Assembly: GCA_963849325.1 (NCBI GenBank)
Contig: CAWKHF010000012.1
Coordinates: forward strand, 512,001 to 576,000
DNA from: an uncultured Planctomycetota bacterium
GTDB lineage: Bacteria > Planctomycetota > Planctomycetia > Gemmatales > Gemmataceae
Reading direction: 5' to 3'
DNA length: 64,000 bases
Below the pieces are notes generated by a model. That model was not told the DNA's origin, did not search any database, and saw only the letters and a program-made list of their open reading frames with translations. Below are positions 1 to 9,357 of this stretch, piece by piece. Numbering within the stretch: position 1 is the first letter of the stretch; every line of letters starts with the position of its first letter. The position numbers and the translations under genes were made by a program.

Positions 1-908
1 ACCAACGTACTCGGAACCTGCGCGACATGCGCCTGGAAGCGCTGCGCCTGATGCGCCTGCTCCGTCCGTTTCGGCCGCGGCTCATCGGCAGCGTCATGAC
101 CGGGCACGTCCGCAAAGGCTCCGACATCGACCTGCACCTCTTCAGCGACAGCCCCGCTCTGATTACCGACCTGCTCGAACAGGCCGGCTGCCAATACGAC
201 CTCGAGCGCAAGCAGGTCGTCAAGCACGGCGAGGCCCGCGTGTTCACGCACATCCACGTCTACGACCGCTTCAACTTCGAGCTAACCGTTTATCCCGAGG
301 ACAAGGCCCATTACGTCTTCAAGAGTTCCATCACCGGCAAGCCCATCGAGCGTGCCTCGATCAAGGAACTGGAGGAACTGCTGGCCCGCGAATACCCCGA
401 CCTGAATCTCGACGACGAATTGCAAGCCGCCGAGGCCGAGGTCGATCCGTATCCGGTCTTCCGCATGTTGCTGTTGCCGCTGGAGAACGTGGCGGGATCG
501 CGCGTCTATCATCCCGAGGGCGACGTGCTGTATCATTCGCTGCAAGTGTTCGAGCTGGCCCGCGAACGCCGGCCTTACGACGAGGAGTTCTTGCTGGCGG
601 CCCTGTTGCACGACGTCGGCAAGGGACTGGACCGGAGCCATCACGTCGAGGCGGCATTGCAGGCGCTGGACGGACTGATCACCGAGCGGACACGGTTCTT
701 CATCGAGCATCACATGCATGCGCATGAATACCGTGACGGCAAGCTCGGCGCTCGGCTCCGCCGCGAACTGGAAGCATCGCCGGATTTCGAGGAATTGATG
801 CTGCTGCACGAATGCGACGTCGGCGGCCGCGTGTCCGGCGCTGTCGTGTGTACCGTCGAGGAGGCGATCGACTACCTGCGCGAGCTGGAACGCAGCAACA
901 GCGAATAG
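1..908 (+). CDS. Nucleotidyltransferase + HD-domain fusion protein (5' partial)
   Basis: Frame open to the window edge; NTase motif IGSVMTG...SDIDLH; C-terminal HPEGDVLYH and LLHDVGK HD motif. Confidence 0.8.
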   Translation, partial: QRTRNLRDMRLEALRLMRLLRPFRPRLIGSVMTGHVRKGSDIDLHLFSDSPALITDLLEQAGCQYDLERKQVVKHGEARVFTHIHVYDRFNFELTVYPEDKAHYVFKSSITGKPIERASIKELEELLAREYPDLNLDDELQAAEAEVDPYPVFRMLLLPLENVAGSRVYHPEGDVLYHSLQVFELARERRPYDEEFLLAALLHDVGKGLDRSHHVEAALQALDGLITERTRFFIEHHMHAHEYRDGKLGARLRRELEASPDFEELMLLHECDVGGRVSGAVVCTVEEAIDYLRELERSNSE

Positions 909-921
909 AAAGGGTGGCGAA

Positions 922-1366
922 ATGCTCGACGAACTGGTAGCGGGCTATCCGGTGGTGGTGCGGCAGGCGGTGGTGTGGGGCGAGATGGATTCGTATCGCC
1001 ACGTCAACAACGTGGTCTATTTCCGCTACTTCGAGAACGCTCGCCTGGAGTATATTCGTCGCCTCGATTGGCCGGCCTTCGAGGCGGAGATTGGCATCGG
1101 TCCCATCCTGGCCATGACACACGCTCGTTTCCGCCGGGCGCTCGACCTACCCCGACACCATCGCCATCACCGCTCGACTGGGCACGCTCGGCGATGATCG
1201 CTTCACCCTGGAGCACCGCATCTTCAGCGCGCAGCTCGGCGGCCTGGCCACCGAGGGCGAGGGCACGGTGGTAGCGTTTCATTACGGGCGCGGCGAGAAG
1301 GTGCCGCTGCCCGAGGAATTGCGGCGGCGCATCGCCGTTCTGGAGGCTAGTGCAGCGCGTGCGTGA
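922..1366 (+). CDS. Acyl-CoA thioesterase (4HBT/YbgC hot-dog family), frameshift near 1145
   Basis: WGEMDSYRHVNNVVYFRYFENAR motif; continues in another frame TYPDTIAITARL...VPLPEELRRRI to TGA 1364-1366. Confidence 0.85.
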
Positions 1367-1402
1367 GCCGCGAGCGCGATGGCTTCGCGGCTCGCGGCCC
1401 AC
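1363..1402. terminator. Hairpin between convergent genes
   Basis: GCCGCGAGC...GCTCGCGGC inverted repeat. Confidence 0.5.
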
Positions 1403-1408
1403 GGCCCA

Positions 1409-1799
1409 TTACCTCACGTAGGACGGCTCGTCCTTGTCGTAGTACATGAAGAAATCGCGCGGACTGCGAGCGTAGGGATGGGTGCCGAACGTCGGCGAAC
1501 CCTGGCCACCCGGCCCGCCCAGCATTCCCGGCCTGCCTCGCGCCCGGCCCGCCCGGTCCAAAGCGCGGCGGAGGCGGTCCCGGAACCATGCCCTGGAACG
1601 GCGGGAACGGCGGGTACGGACAGTATCCGGGACCGTGCAGCAGACCGCAGTTGTTGACCCAGTAGAAGCCTGGACCACACATGTCCGGCGCCTGGGGTAT
1701 GGGAGGAAAATAACAACCGCATTGCGGCTGCGCCTGGGCCAGGCCGACGCCGAGGGCCAGGCCCAGAAATGTTCCGAGCGACCGAGCCAATCCGTTCAT
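1409..1799 (-). CDS. Small secreted Cys/Pro/Gly-rich hypothetical protein, frameshift near 1545
   Basis: RBS AAAGGAG + ATG; signal peptide MNGLARSLGTFLGLALGVGLAQA; C-terminus THPYARSPRDFFMYY is in the adjacent frame. Confidence 0.7.
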
Positions 1800-1969
1800 C
1801 GCGACTCCTTTCGTGAGGTAGGTCCCGGCGGAAGACCCTTCGCCTTCCGGCACACTAGCCTACCCCACGAATCGAGCGCCACCGGCGGATGGCTCGGGAT
1901 TCGGCCGGAATTTCGCGGAAGAGCGGAGAAACGGCGCGGAAGAGGCGCGACGTGACGGCTTAACGACAA

Positions 1970-2002
1970 GAGACCGGCCCCCGCGGATGCGAGTGCCGGC
2001 CT
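1970..2002 (-). terminator. Rho-independent terminator-like hairpin after the 2507-2028 gene
   Basis: GAGGCCGGC...GCCGGTCTC followed by TTGTCGTT on the minus strand. Confidence 0.5.
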
Positions 2003-2027
2003 CAGGGCACGGATACCGGATCGTGAA

Positions 2028-2507
2028 TCAATAGCCGCCAGGACCGGGCATCATCGCGGGTCCGTAAGCGCCACCGTAGCCAGGGCCGGCGCAACCGGGG
2101 CCGGCGCAACCGGGGCCGGTCGGCGGCCCGCCGATGCAATTGTTGGGAGCGGCCCACTGCATGCCCGGCACCACGAACACCGGGGCGTAGTTGATGCGGC
2201 CACAGCAGCCGCCGCCACCACCGGGACCACCGCAACCGGTGTTAATTTGATAGCCGTGGTTTTTGTAGTAGGCGACCCAGTCGATATGATCCAGAGCGCA
2301 ATAGTAGTTTTTCAGAGCATCATAGTAGTCGTGCCAGAACTTTTGCAGCCGCTCTTCTTCGGGAGTGAGGCACTTGTAACGCTTGGCGAAGATGTTCCAG
2401 CACGGTTGATAACCGCTGTAGGACATCGAACTCCAGCTGGCGTGCGAATGGCTCGTACACAGGGCCAGTCCCAACACGGCGCAAGCCATCAAGCCGATCC
2501 GTTTCAT
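2028..2507 (-). CDS. Small secreted Cys/Gly/Tyr-rich hypothetical protein
   Basis: RBS AAAGGAG + ATG; signal peptide MKRIGLMACAVLGLALCTSHSHA; GPGCA repeats at the C-terminus. Confidence 0.8.
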   Translation of the reverse strand: MKRIGLMACAVLGLALCTSHSHASWSSMSYSGYQPCWNIFAKRYKCLTPEEERLQKFWHDYYDALKNYYCALDHIDWVAYYKNHGYQINTGCGGPGGGGGCCGRINYAPVFVVPGMQWAAPNNCIGGPPTGPGCAGPGCAGPGYGGAYGPAMMPGPGGY

Positions 2508-2778
2508 CGCGACTCCTTTCACAGGGAAGTCCCCCTTCCGTCCACGGGGAGGGAGTCGGGCGCTTCGCCGTCCCCTGTCCGATACCCGTGCGGGGTTGAG
2601 TGTAACGCGATGCGGCCTTCTCTCGTCAGTGCAGCGCCGCATCCGGCACAATTAGAATCGACCGATGCGGCAAGGAAGTGCGGAGAAAACGATGCCTCCA
2701 TGCCCATGCGGAGCTTGCCTTTTCGACATAGCAGGCACAACCGGCAAAGCTTCGCGCACTTGCGTCTTCCCACTAAAC

Positions 2779-2963
2779 ATCCGAGCCTGAAGCGTAAGCG
2801 AAGGAACGGCACTGGATCCTATCGACTGGGTCGCTTACTACTAAAACCAGGGCTATCAAATTAACACCGGCTGCGGTGGTCCGGGTGGCGGCGGCGGCTG
2901 TGGCCGCATCCACTACGCCACCGAAGGGTGACGTTCTTCTTCGCTTACGCTTCAGGCTCCGAT
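2779..2963. repeat. REP-like palindrome (family A) whose loop contains an inverted copy of part of the adjacent gene
   Basis: 21-bp perfect IR GAGCCTGAAGCGTAAGCGAAG at 2783-2803 / 2939-2959; 2809-2919 matches the reverse complement of 2184-2297. Confidence 0.9.
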
Positions 2964-2972
2964 CAAAGCGTT

Positions 2973-4463
2973 TCAACGCAGCAGATCGCGTTCGACGCGC
3001 TCGATCAACTCGCGGACACGGATGCGGCGCTGGCCGAGGGCCAATTCGGCATCGGCGACACACCACTGGCGGACCTTCTTCTCGGCGGCGACGGCCGTGC
3101 TGTGATTGCGGCCGCCGAAGTGCTTGCCGATCTCGCTGTACGACGCGGCGGTGTGCTTGCGCGACAGGAACATCGCCACCATGCGCGGATGGCTCACCGC
3201 CCAGGCCCGGCCCTTCGACTGGAGTACGCCGTTGTCCAGCCGCAGAACACCGCAAACCGCCCGGTCCACATCGGCCAGTTGCACGACGCGCACGGCGTGG
3301 CGCAGCAGGTCGGCCAGCGCCTCGCGCACCAGAGCGACGTCCACCGGACGGCCCGTTACCCGGCTGTAATGGCGGACGCTGTGCAGGGCGCCCTCCAGTT
3401 CGCGGACGTTGCCGCGCAACTGATTCGCCAGGAAGCGCAGCACCTCGTCGGGCAGCGGCTTCTCGCCTTGATGCGGCGCCTTGCCGCGCAGGATCTCCAG
3501 GCGCGTGGCGGCGTCGGGCGGCGTCAGACCCCAGACCACGCCGCCAAGCAAACGGTCGGTCAGCTCCGGCGTGAAGTCGTCGGCCAGGCGCGGGTGACAA
3601 TCGCATGTCAGCACCATCTGCCGCCCGTCCGCCTGCAGGGCGTCGAAGGTGTGCAGAAACTCTTCCTGCGTGGCCCGCTTGCTGGCCAGGAAATGCAGGT
3701 CGTCCATCAGCAGGGCATCGCACTCGCGGAATTGCTTGCGAAAGCCGGTCAACTTGTTCAGCCGCATCGCCTGCACGAAGCGATTGGTGAAGTCCTCGCT
3801 GGTCAGGTAGAGGACGCGCCAGTCGGAATGCGCCCGGCGCAGACCGGCGTAGACGCCCTCCAGCAGGTGCGTCTTGCCGGTGCCGACCGGGCCGTGCAGG
3901 ACGATGGGATTGGCCCCTTCGCCCGGCGCCTCGATGACGCTCTGGGCCGCCGCGTAGGCGACGCGGTTGCACGCTCCGACCACGAAATCGCTGAGCCGAT
4001 GCCAGCGCCGCGCCCGCCGGGGAGACGGGCGGCCCTCTTCCGCCGGCGTCTTGCTCTTCGTCTGCGGAGTCTCGGCAGTCTTGGTCCGCGTCCTGGCGGC
4101 GGTCTGTTTCGGTCGTTCTGCCGCTTGAGGGTCCAGAGGCTCGGCCGTCGGCTGTTGCTCTTGCCGCGCCTGGCGGGCCTCGTCTTGCTCGCGCCGCGCC
4201 GCCTGGAACAGTTCCGGGTCGATGACGAAACGGACCTGCATGGAACGGCCAAAGACTTCTTGCGCGGCGGCGGCGGTCGCCGCTCCGAAGTTCTTCTCCA
4301 CCCACTCGCCGAAATGCCGGTTGGGAACGCCAACCGTCAGCTGATCGTCGTCCCAGTGGAAGCGCGTCCGACCCGCGAACCACAGTTGGTAGCGCGGTTC
4401 GCCAATGCGCCGGACGATCTCGTGTTCCAGCGCCTGCACCACTTCGCGTTCTCGGACAGTCAC
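2973..4463 (-). CDS. dnaA: Chromosomal replication initiator DnaA
   Basis: FVVGACNRVA, Walker A GPVGTGKTHLL, Walker B LLMDDLHFL, GNVRELEGAL, domain IV IGKHFGGRNHST; GTG start. Confidence 0.95.
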   Translation of the reverse strand: MTVREREVVQALEHEIVRRIGEPRYQLWFAGRTRFHWDDDQLTVGVPNRHFGEWVEKNFGAATAAAAQEVFGRSMQVRFVIDPELFQAARREQDEARQARQEQQPTAEPLDPQAAERPKQTAARTRTKTAETPQTKSKTPAEEGRPSPRRARRWHRLSDFVVGACNRVAYAAAQSVIEAPGEGANPIVLHGPVGTGKTHLLEGVYAGLRRAHSDWRVLYLTSEDFTNRFVQAMRLNKLTGFRKQFRECDALLMDDLHFLASKRATQEEFLHTFDALQADGRQMVLTCDCHPRLADDFTPELTDRLLGGVVWGLTPPDAATRLEILRGKAPHQGEKPLPDEVLRFLANQLRGNVRELEGALHSVRHYSRVTGRPVDVALVREALADLLRHAVRVVQLADVDRAVCGVLRLDNGVLQSKGRAWAVSHPRMVAMFLSRKHTAASYSEIGKHFGGRNHSTAVAAEKKVRQWCVADAELALGQRRIRVRELIERVERDLLR

Positions 4464-4714
4464 GGGTTTCCCCTCGGCGCGCAGTCGGTCTGCGAAGGTG
4501 GGTCGGTCTTCGGCTCGGAAGAGAGAAAAGGCCCGCGGACAGGGCGGATACCTGTTCCGGTAGGGTCATACGCTGGGACGGGCAATTCTAGACTGTGGAA
4601 GGCGATTCGCCAACGCCGATCCACTCCTTTTTGTCCTCCGCCGCCGGGACGGGCGCGCCATTGTCGGCACGGTGAGCAGACTGCGCTCGCCGGGTGGAAC
4701 CGCCCGGCTTTTCT

Positions 4715-4868
4715 CCCCTCTCCCCCGCTTCGGGGGAGAGGGGTAGGGGGTGAGGGGGCGGCTCCCCCCTCACCCCCTACCCCTCTCCCCCGCTTCGGGG
4801 GAGAGGGGCATCGGGAAGCCGTTCGGGGAAGTTGGTAGTGCCCTCTCCCCCGAAGCGGGGGAGAGGGG
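4715..4868. repeat. Cluster of CCCCTCTCCCCCGCTTCGGGGGAGAGGGG palindromes (family B)
   Basis: Three hairpin units plus CCCCCTCACCCCC arms; overlaps the GNAT stop codon. Confidence 0.9.
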
Positions 4869-5781
4869 GGACCGCACCTCCGTGCCAGACCGCCAGGTAA
4901 ACGAGGCGCTGCTCGAACGGCTCGAAACCCAGACCGCGATAGAGATACCACGCCGGCTGATTGCGGGCATCGACGGACAGCGCGACGGAAGGCACCTCGG
5001 CGGCGCGGGCCTCGCAAAGGACGTGCAACAACATCTCGCGGCCGAAGCCGCGCCGCCGCGCCTCCGGCACCACGCCCATGTAAGCTACCTCCCAGTCGCC
5101 GCTCTCCGGCATCTCGGTCGCGATCAGCACGCCGACCGGCCGGCCCGCGTCGAGGGCCAGCCACCAGCGCTGGGGATCGAACACACCCTGGGCGCGATGG
5201 CCTTGCAGCACTTCCTCAATGGTGCGGACGCCGTTGACCTCCGGGCAATCGCGCGAGTCCTCGTAGGTTCGCGTCAGGGTCTGCCGGAACAGGGGGCCGT
5301 TGTCGAAAGCCTGATAATCCAGGCGGGCGGGAGTGTTCAGGCAGTCGAGAGGGAGGTTCAGGTCGTGGCGCATGTACCACAGGCGCGTGACGGCGGCGAA
5401 GCCGTTGCGTTCGAGCGGTTCGGCGAGGGGCGCTTCGTCCGGGGCGAGCAGAGCCTGAGCGAGCTTGACGCCGCGCCCGCGCAGCCAGGCGATCGCCTGA
5501 CGTACCAACTCGTCCTCCAACGCGGTCGGCCGATCGCCCACGACAGCCGGCGGCCAGATGAGGGCGCTGCAGCCGGGGACCGGCAGACACACGAGGGCGC
5601 CGCGCAGACCGGCCGCGGCGCGGACGACGAAGATACCGCGCGGATCGAGTTCGCCGCGCTCCAGCAGGTGCAGGGCGTTAGCGCAGCGCCGCTCGCTCTC
5701 CTCGGGACCGAGGTGGTGGAAGATCAGGCGGAAGGCCGCTGCCCAATCCTCGGTTCGTGCGGGTTCCGGCGCGGTGTCCAT
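4777..5781 (-). CDS. Tandem GNAT acetyltransferase
   Basis: YMGVVPEARRRGFGREML acetyl-CoA motif, NQPAWYLYRGLGF; C-terminus runs into repeat family B. Confidence 0.85.
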   Translation of the reverse strand: MDTAPEPARTEDWAAAFRLIFHHLGPEESERRCANALHLLERGELDPRGIFVVRAAAGLRGALVCLPVPGCSALIWPPAVVGDRPTALEDELVRQAIAWLRGRGVKLAQALLAPDEAPLAEPLERNGFAAVTRLWYMRHDLNLPLDCLNTPARLDYQAFDNGPLFRQTLTRTYEDSRDCPEVNGVRTIEEVLQGHRAQGVFDPQRWWLALDAGRPVGVLIATEMPESGDWEVAYMGVVPEARRRGFGREMLLHVLCEARAAEVPSVALSVDARNQPAWYLYRGLGFEPFEQRLVYLAVWHGGAVPPLPRFGGEGTTNFPERLPDAPLPRSGGEG

Positions 5782-5851
5782 CGGCTCATTCCGGGGGCGG
5801 GCGATGCGTTTGATTATAAGAGATCCCGCGCCGCGACGGCTGGAGAAACGA

Positions 5852-5880
5852 ACAGGCCCCGGCGCGGGTCCGGGGTCTGT
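5852..5880 (-). terminator. Rho-independent terminator-like hairpin
   Basis: ACAGACCCCGG...CCGGGGCCTGT then TCGTTTCT on the minus strand. Confidence 0.55.
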
Positions 5881-5920
5881 CGTGACGGGGTGAGGGAAAC
5901 TTGTCGTGTTCGGGGCGGTC

Positions 5921-6385
5921 TCACGGCGCGCCGCCGGCGCAGCCGTTGCACCCCTTGCAGCCGTGTACGCAAGGCGGGTTGGGGAAGGTCGGATGCACAC
6001 CGGTGCCCTCCGTGCAGGGGGGATTTAGCTGGAACAGGTAAAGGGGGACCATACCCTTGTAGTGACAGCTATTGCAGCCGTTATGCAAGCCGATGCGTTC
6101 CTTGGGGCAGTAGGTGGCCCAGGCGATCAGCCGATGCAGGCATGAGCCTTTGTCGTGGGCTGGCTCTCCGCCACAGCCCGAACAGGCGGCATAAGGACTG
6201 GGAGGGGCCACAACCCCGGCGGCTTCCGTCGTGCCCGCCTCCGATGGCGCCGTGTTCGGCGCCGTCTCCGTGACGGCGGCTTCAGCCGGCATTGGGATCG
6301 CCGCCATCGCTTCCTGGGCCGCATGGACCCGCGAAGCGCCGGCCGTCAGAACCAGGGCCAGGAGAGTGATCGGGATCTGCTTCAT
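5921..6385 (-). CDS. Small secreted Cys-rich hypothetical protein
   Basis: Signal peptide MKQIPITLLALVLTAGASRVHA; CSGC, CNSC and CVHGCKGCNGC motifs. Confidence 0.7.
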   Translation of the reverse strand: MKQIPITLLALVLTAGASRVHAAQEAMAAIPMPAEAAVTETAPNTAPSEAGTTEAAGVVAPPSPYAACSGCGGEPAHDKGSCLHRLIAWATYCPKERIGLHNGCNSCHYKGMVPLYLFQLNPPCTEGTGVHPTFPNPPCVHGCKGCNGCAGGAP

Positions 6386-6640
6386 GGTCTGCCTCCCTGC
6401 CTTCCCTTGCGACTGTCGCGTTGTTGCCATCCTAGGATTCGGCAAACGGCAAGCGGCGAAGCGAGCGGAATCGGCGAACGGGGAGAGAATGCGCCGGACA
6501 GGCTGGCTTATCAGGGAGAGATTACCTCGTCGCCCTGGTTTATCGCGGGCAACAGACGCGGAGCCGCGACCGTCAGGGAGCGCGTTCCCCCGCATCGTGG
6601 CCGCACCCCACGGAGTCGAAGCCGACGGCGGTCGAAGCGG

Positions 6641-9117
6641 TCACGGCGCGACCGAGGCTCGCTTGGCCAGGCGCCCCACAGCCGCCTTGGCCTCTTGCGT
6701 CAGCCGCGTCTCGGCAGACCCCGCGGCGAGCTTGTCGAGCAGTCGCCGTGCCTCCGCGTTCCCGATGACTTCCAGCGTTTCCACCGCCCGTATCTGGCGA
6801 ACCGTCTCCGCCGAGGGATGGGCGCCGTCCAGCCGATCCAGCAGCGCATGCAGTCGCCGCCTCACCTCCAGGGACGGCTTGCCGGCCAGCGCCTTTCGCA
6901 GCGCGGGCGCGGCGCGCTCCGCCAGCGCCTCCAGTTCCCTGGTCGCCTGCTCGCGGACCTCGAACCGCTCGCCGTCCAGGTCCGCGATGAGGCGCTCGAT
7001 CCGCTTGGTATCCACGGGCTTGGTGCTCTGAAATTGCTTTCCCAGGAACGCGACCGCGCGCCCGGGGGATGAAACCAGCCGGCCCAACGCGGCGTATCCC
7101 GTCGCCGCGTCCCCGGCGAGATCCCTCCAGTCCGCTTCGAGGTCCGCGGACGAGCGCTCGGCCGGTTCGCGCCGCCGTCCTGTGATCCGGCTCACGTCCC
7201 AAAGGTGTGCGGTCTGGTCCAGCCCGCCGGAGACGAGCGTGCGGCCATCGGGGGAGAAGGCGACGGCCAGCACCCAGCCGCCTTGGGACGGATCGACCTT
7301 CTTGCCGAAACGGCCGACCTCCTTGGCGGAGGGCAGGTCCCACAGGCGCACCGTGCCGTCCATGCCCCCCGAGGCCAGGGTCCGGCCGTCGGGAGAGAAG
7401 GCCACCCCGCAGACTTCACGGGTATGCCCGGTCAGCGTGACGCGCTGCCCGCCCGTCGCCGTTTCCCGCAAGGAACTGGACAGGGCGAGGGTTCGGCCGT
7501 CCGGCGAGATGGCGAATTGATGTCCTCCCCACCCTCCTCCCAGGTCCGTTGGCCGCTCCTTCCCGGTCGCTAGGTCCCAGGCGCGGACTTGTGCCGGATC
7601 CAGTCCAAGCCGCGTTTTCCCCCCTCCCAGCGGGGGTCGAGGAATACCTACGCGGGAGAAAAGCGTTTGGCCATCCGGCGAAAAGGTCAGCAAGTCAACG
7701 CGGGAATAGCCCGTGTGGATTTGGCGAACCAACTTTCCGCTGGCCAACTCGTAGAGTCGGATGTCGATCCGGTTGGGTTCGGTCGTCCCCCATCCGCCGC
7801 AGGCGATATGCTTGCCGTCCGGCGCGATCGCCGCAACGTATTCGCCCTGGAATGCGCGCACTCGTTCCCCGCCGCGGCGATCCCAGACGATCACGCCTGA
7901 CTCATTCGGCATTGCTTGCTGTGCGGTCACAATGAACGCCTTGTCGGGGGAGAACAGGACCTGGGAGAGTTTGGCGGGGTGGGAATCTCGCGTATCCGGC
8001 ACGTCCAAGCGGCGCACTTTCTTGCCCGTCTTCGCATCCCACAGCCGAGCCGTGCCGTCCCAGGCGGCCGTGGCGATCCAGCGGCCGTCGGGAGAGTACG
8101 CGACCGACGTCACGCGCTCCTTGTGGCCCGTCAGCGAGCGTATCGGCCGGCCCCTGTCCGCCCCGACCTTCACACCCGCGTCCGCACCGGGTCTCGGTCC
8201 CTCTTGCAGGGCGGGTTGCTCAACAACTCCAGCCGCATCGGCGCACGGTAGCTCCCGCACGACCAGGGTAAGGCCCGCGCCACTACCGGCGAGCGCGAGG
8301 AAAAGTATGGCGGCGATTTGGAGTTTCTTGAAGACCATCGCTTTCACCATGCCTTCGGTTAGAGCGGCGACATTGGGCGAGAGGACGGAGGCCGCCGCGC
8401 CCCCTGCCGCAACGGCCGTCGCGGCCTTGACGGTGGCAACGAGCAGCGGGGGGGAAAGACACGCCATCGCGGTCGCCGCCGGCCAGGCCCCCAGCATCAG
8501 CACCGCTCCGGGATTCAGGCCGCGGCGTACGAGCCGAGCCCGCAGAGCGCCCGGCCGCGTTCCAGGCGTCCCTTGAGCGTCCCCTTCGCCAACCCCAGCT
8601 GGACGGCCGCCTCGTCTTGCGTCTTGCCTTCCAGGTAGCAAAGCACCAGCGCGGTCCGATGCCGCTCGAGGAGTCGATCCAGTTCCTCGTGAACGATTTG
8701 CCGGACCTCGCGCCACATCAACTCGTCCGAGTCCGCGGTGGTGCTTCGCCGCGGCGCACGCGCTTCGTGCCTCTGCCGCCGGGCGGAGTCGGCCCGCGCC
8801 TTGAGGGCCGTCCGGTAGGCGACGCCGTGCAAGAAGCTGGCCAGCGACGTGGCCTTGCGTATCGACTCCGCCTTGCGGGCGAGGAGGAGGAAGGTAGCCT
8901 GGAAGGCGTCCTCGGCGTCGGCCTCGTTGACGAGCACGCCCCGGCAGACGTCGAGGACCATCGGGCCGTGCCGCCGCAGGAGGGCGTCGAACGCCGTCTC
9001 GTCCCGCTCGCCGAGGAACCGCCGGAGCAGCTCCTGGTCGGGGGAGTCCTTTACCCGCGGATCGCTGTAGACCCGGCGGATGAACTGCAGAATCGGGCTG
9101 GACGTTGTCTTGGCCAC
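6641..9117 (-). CDS. Planctomycete-type ECF sigma-70 factor with TM helix and WD40 extension, frameshift near 8545
   Basis: DAEDAFQATFLLL (sigma2), LVLCYLEGKTQDEAA...KGRLERGR (sigma4); adjacent frame LRARLVRRGL, TM segment, WD40 repeats GH...VAFSPDG...LWD; GTG start with GGAG (ATG 9156 alternative). Confidence 0.85.
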
Positions 9118-9280
9118 GCGGGGACTCCGGCTCAGATCAGATACACGAGCCTCCATCTAATAGTTCCACGAAGGCAGGCAGCAAGCCTAACTTTTTCCGA
9201 GCAGGCCTCTTGGACACACTCTTGAGGTCATGGATTCAGGATGGCAGCCTCGACGACGAGCCGCTGCCCCAGCATTTCGC

Positions 9281-9292
9281 GTGAACGGTTAC
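9281..9292. mobile_element. Solitary end matching the TIR of the 39449-40712 element
   Basis: Exact GTGAACGGTTAC, identical to 40701-40712. Confidence 0.5.
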
Positions 9293-9357
9293 CCCATCTT
9301 TTACCTATAACAGCACAGTTCGTCTCGCATCGCGCTCTGTCTGACCGAGGAGGTCCC

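Noticed and set aside
2184-2919. Diversity-generating retroelement TR/VR pair
   Set aside because: Mismatches are not adenine-specific (five are synonymous changes at C/T positions of the gene), the copy is inverted and has an indel, and no reverse transcriptase is in the window.
2773-4838. Long ORFs 2773-4569 (-) and 2928-4838 (+)
   Set aside because: Shadow frames of dnaA in high-GC DNA, with no recognisable motifs.
1409-6385. RiPP precursor peptides
   Set aside because: The proteins are 130-160 aa with Sec-type signals, and no YcaO, radical SAM, LanM or peptidase-transporter gene is nearby.
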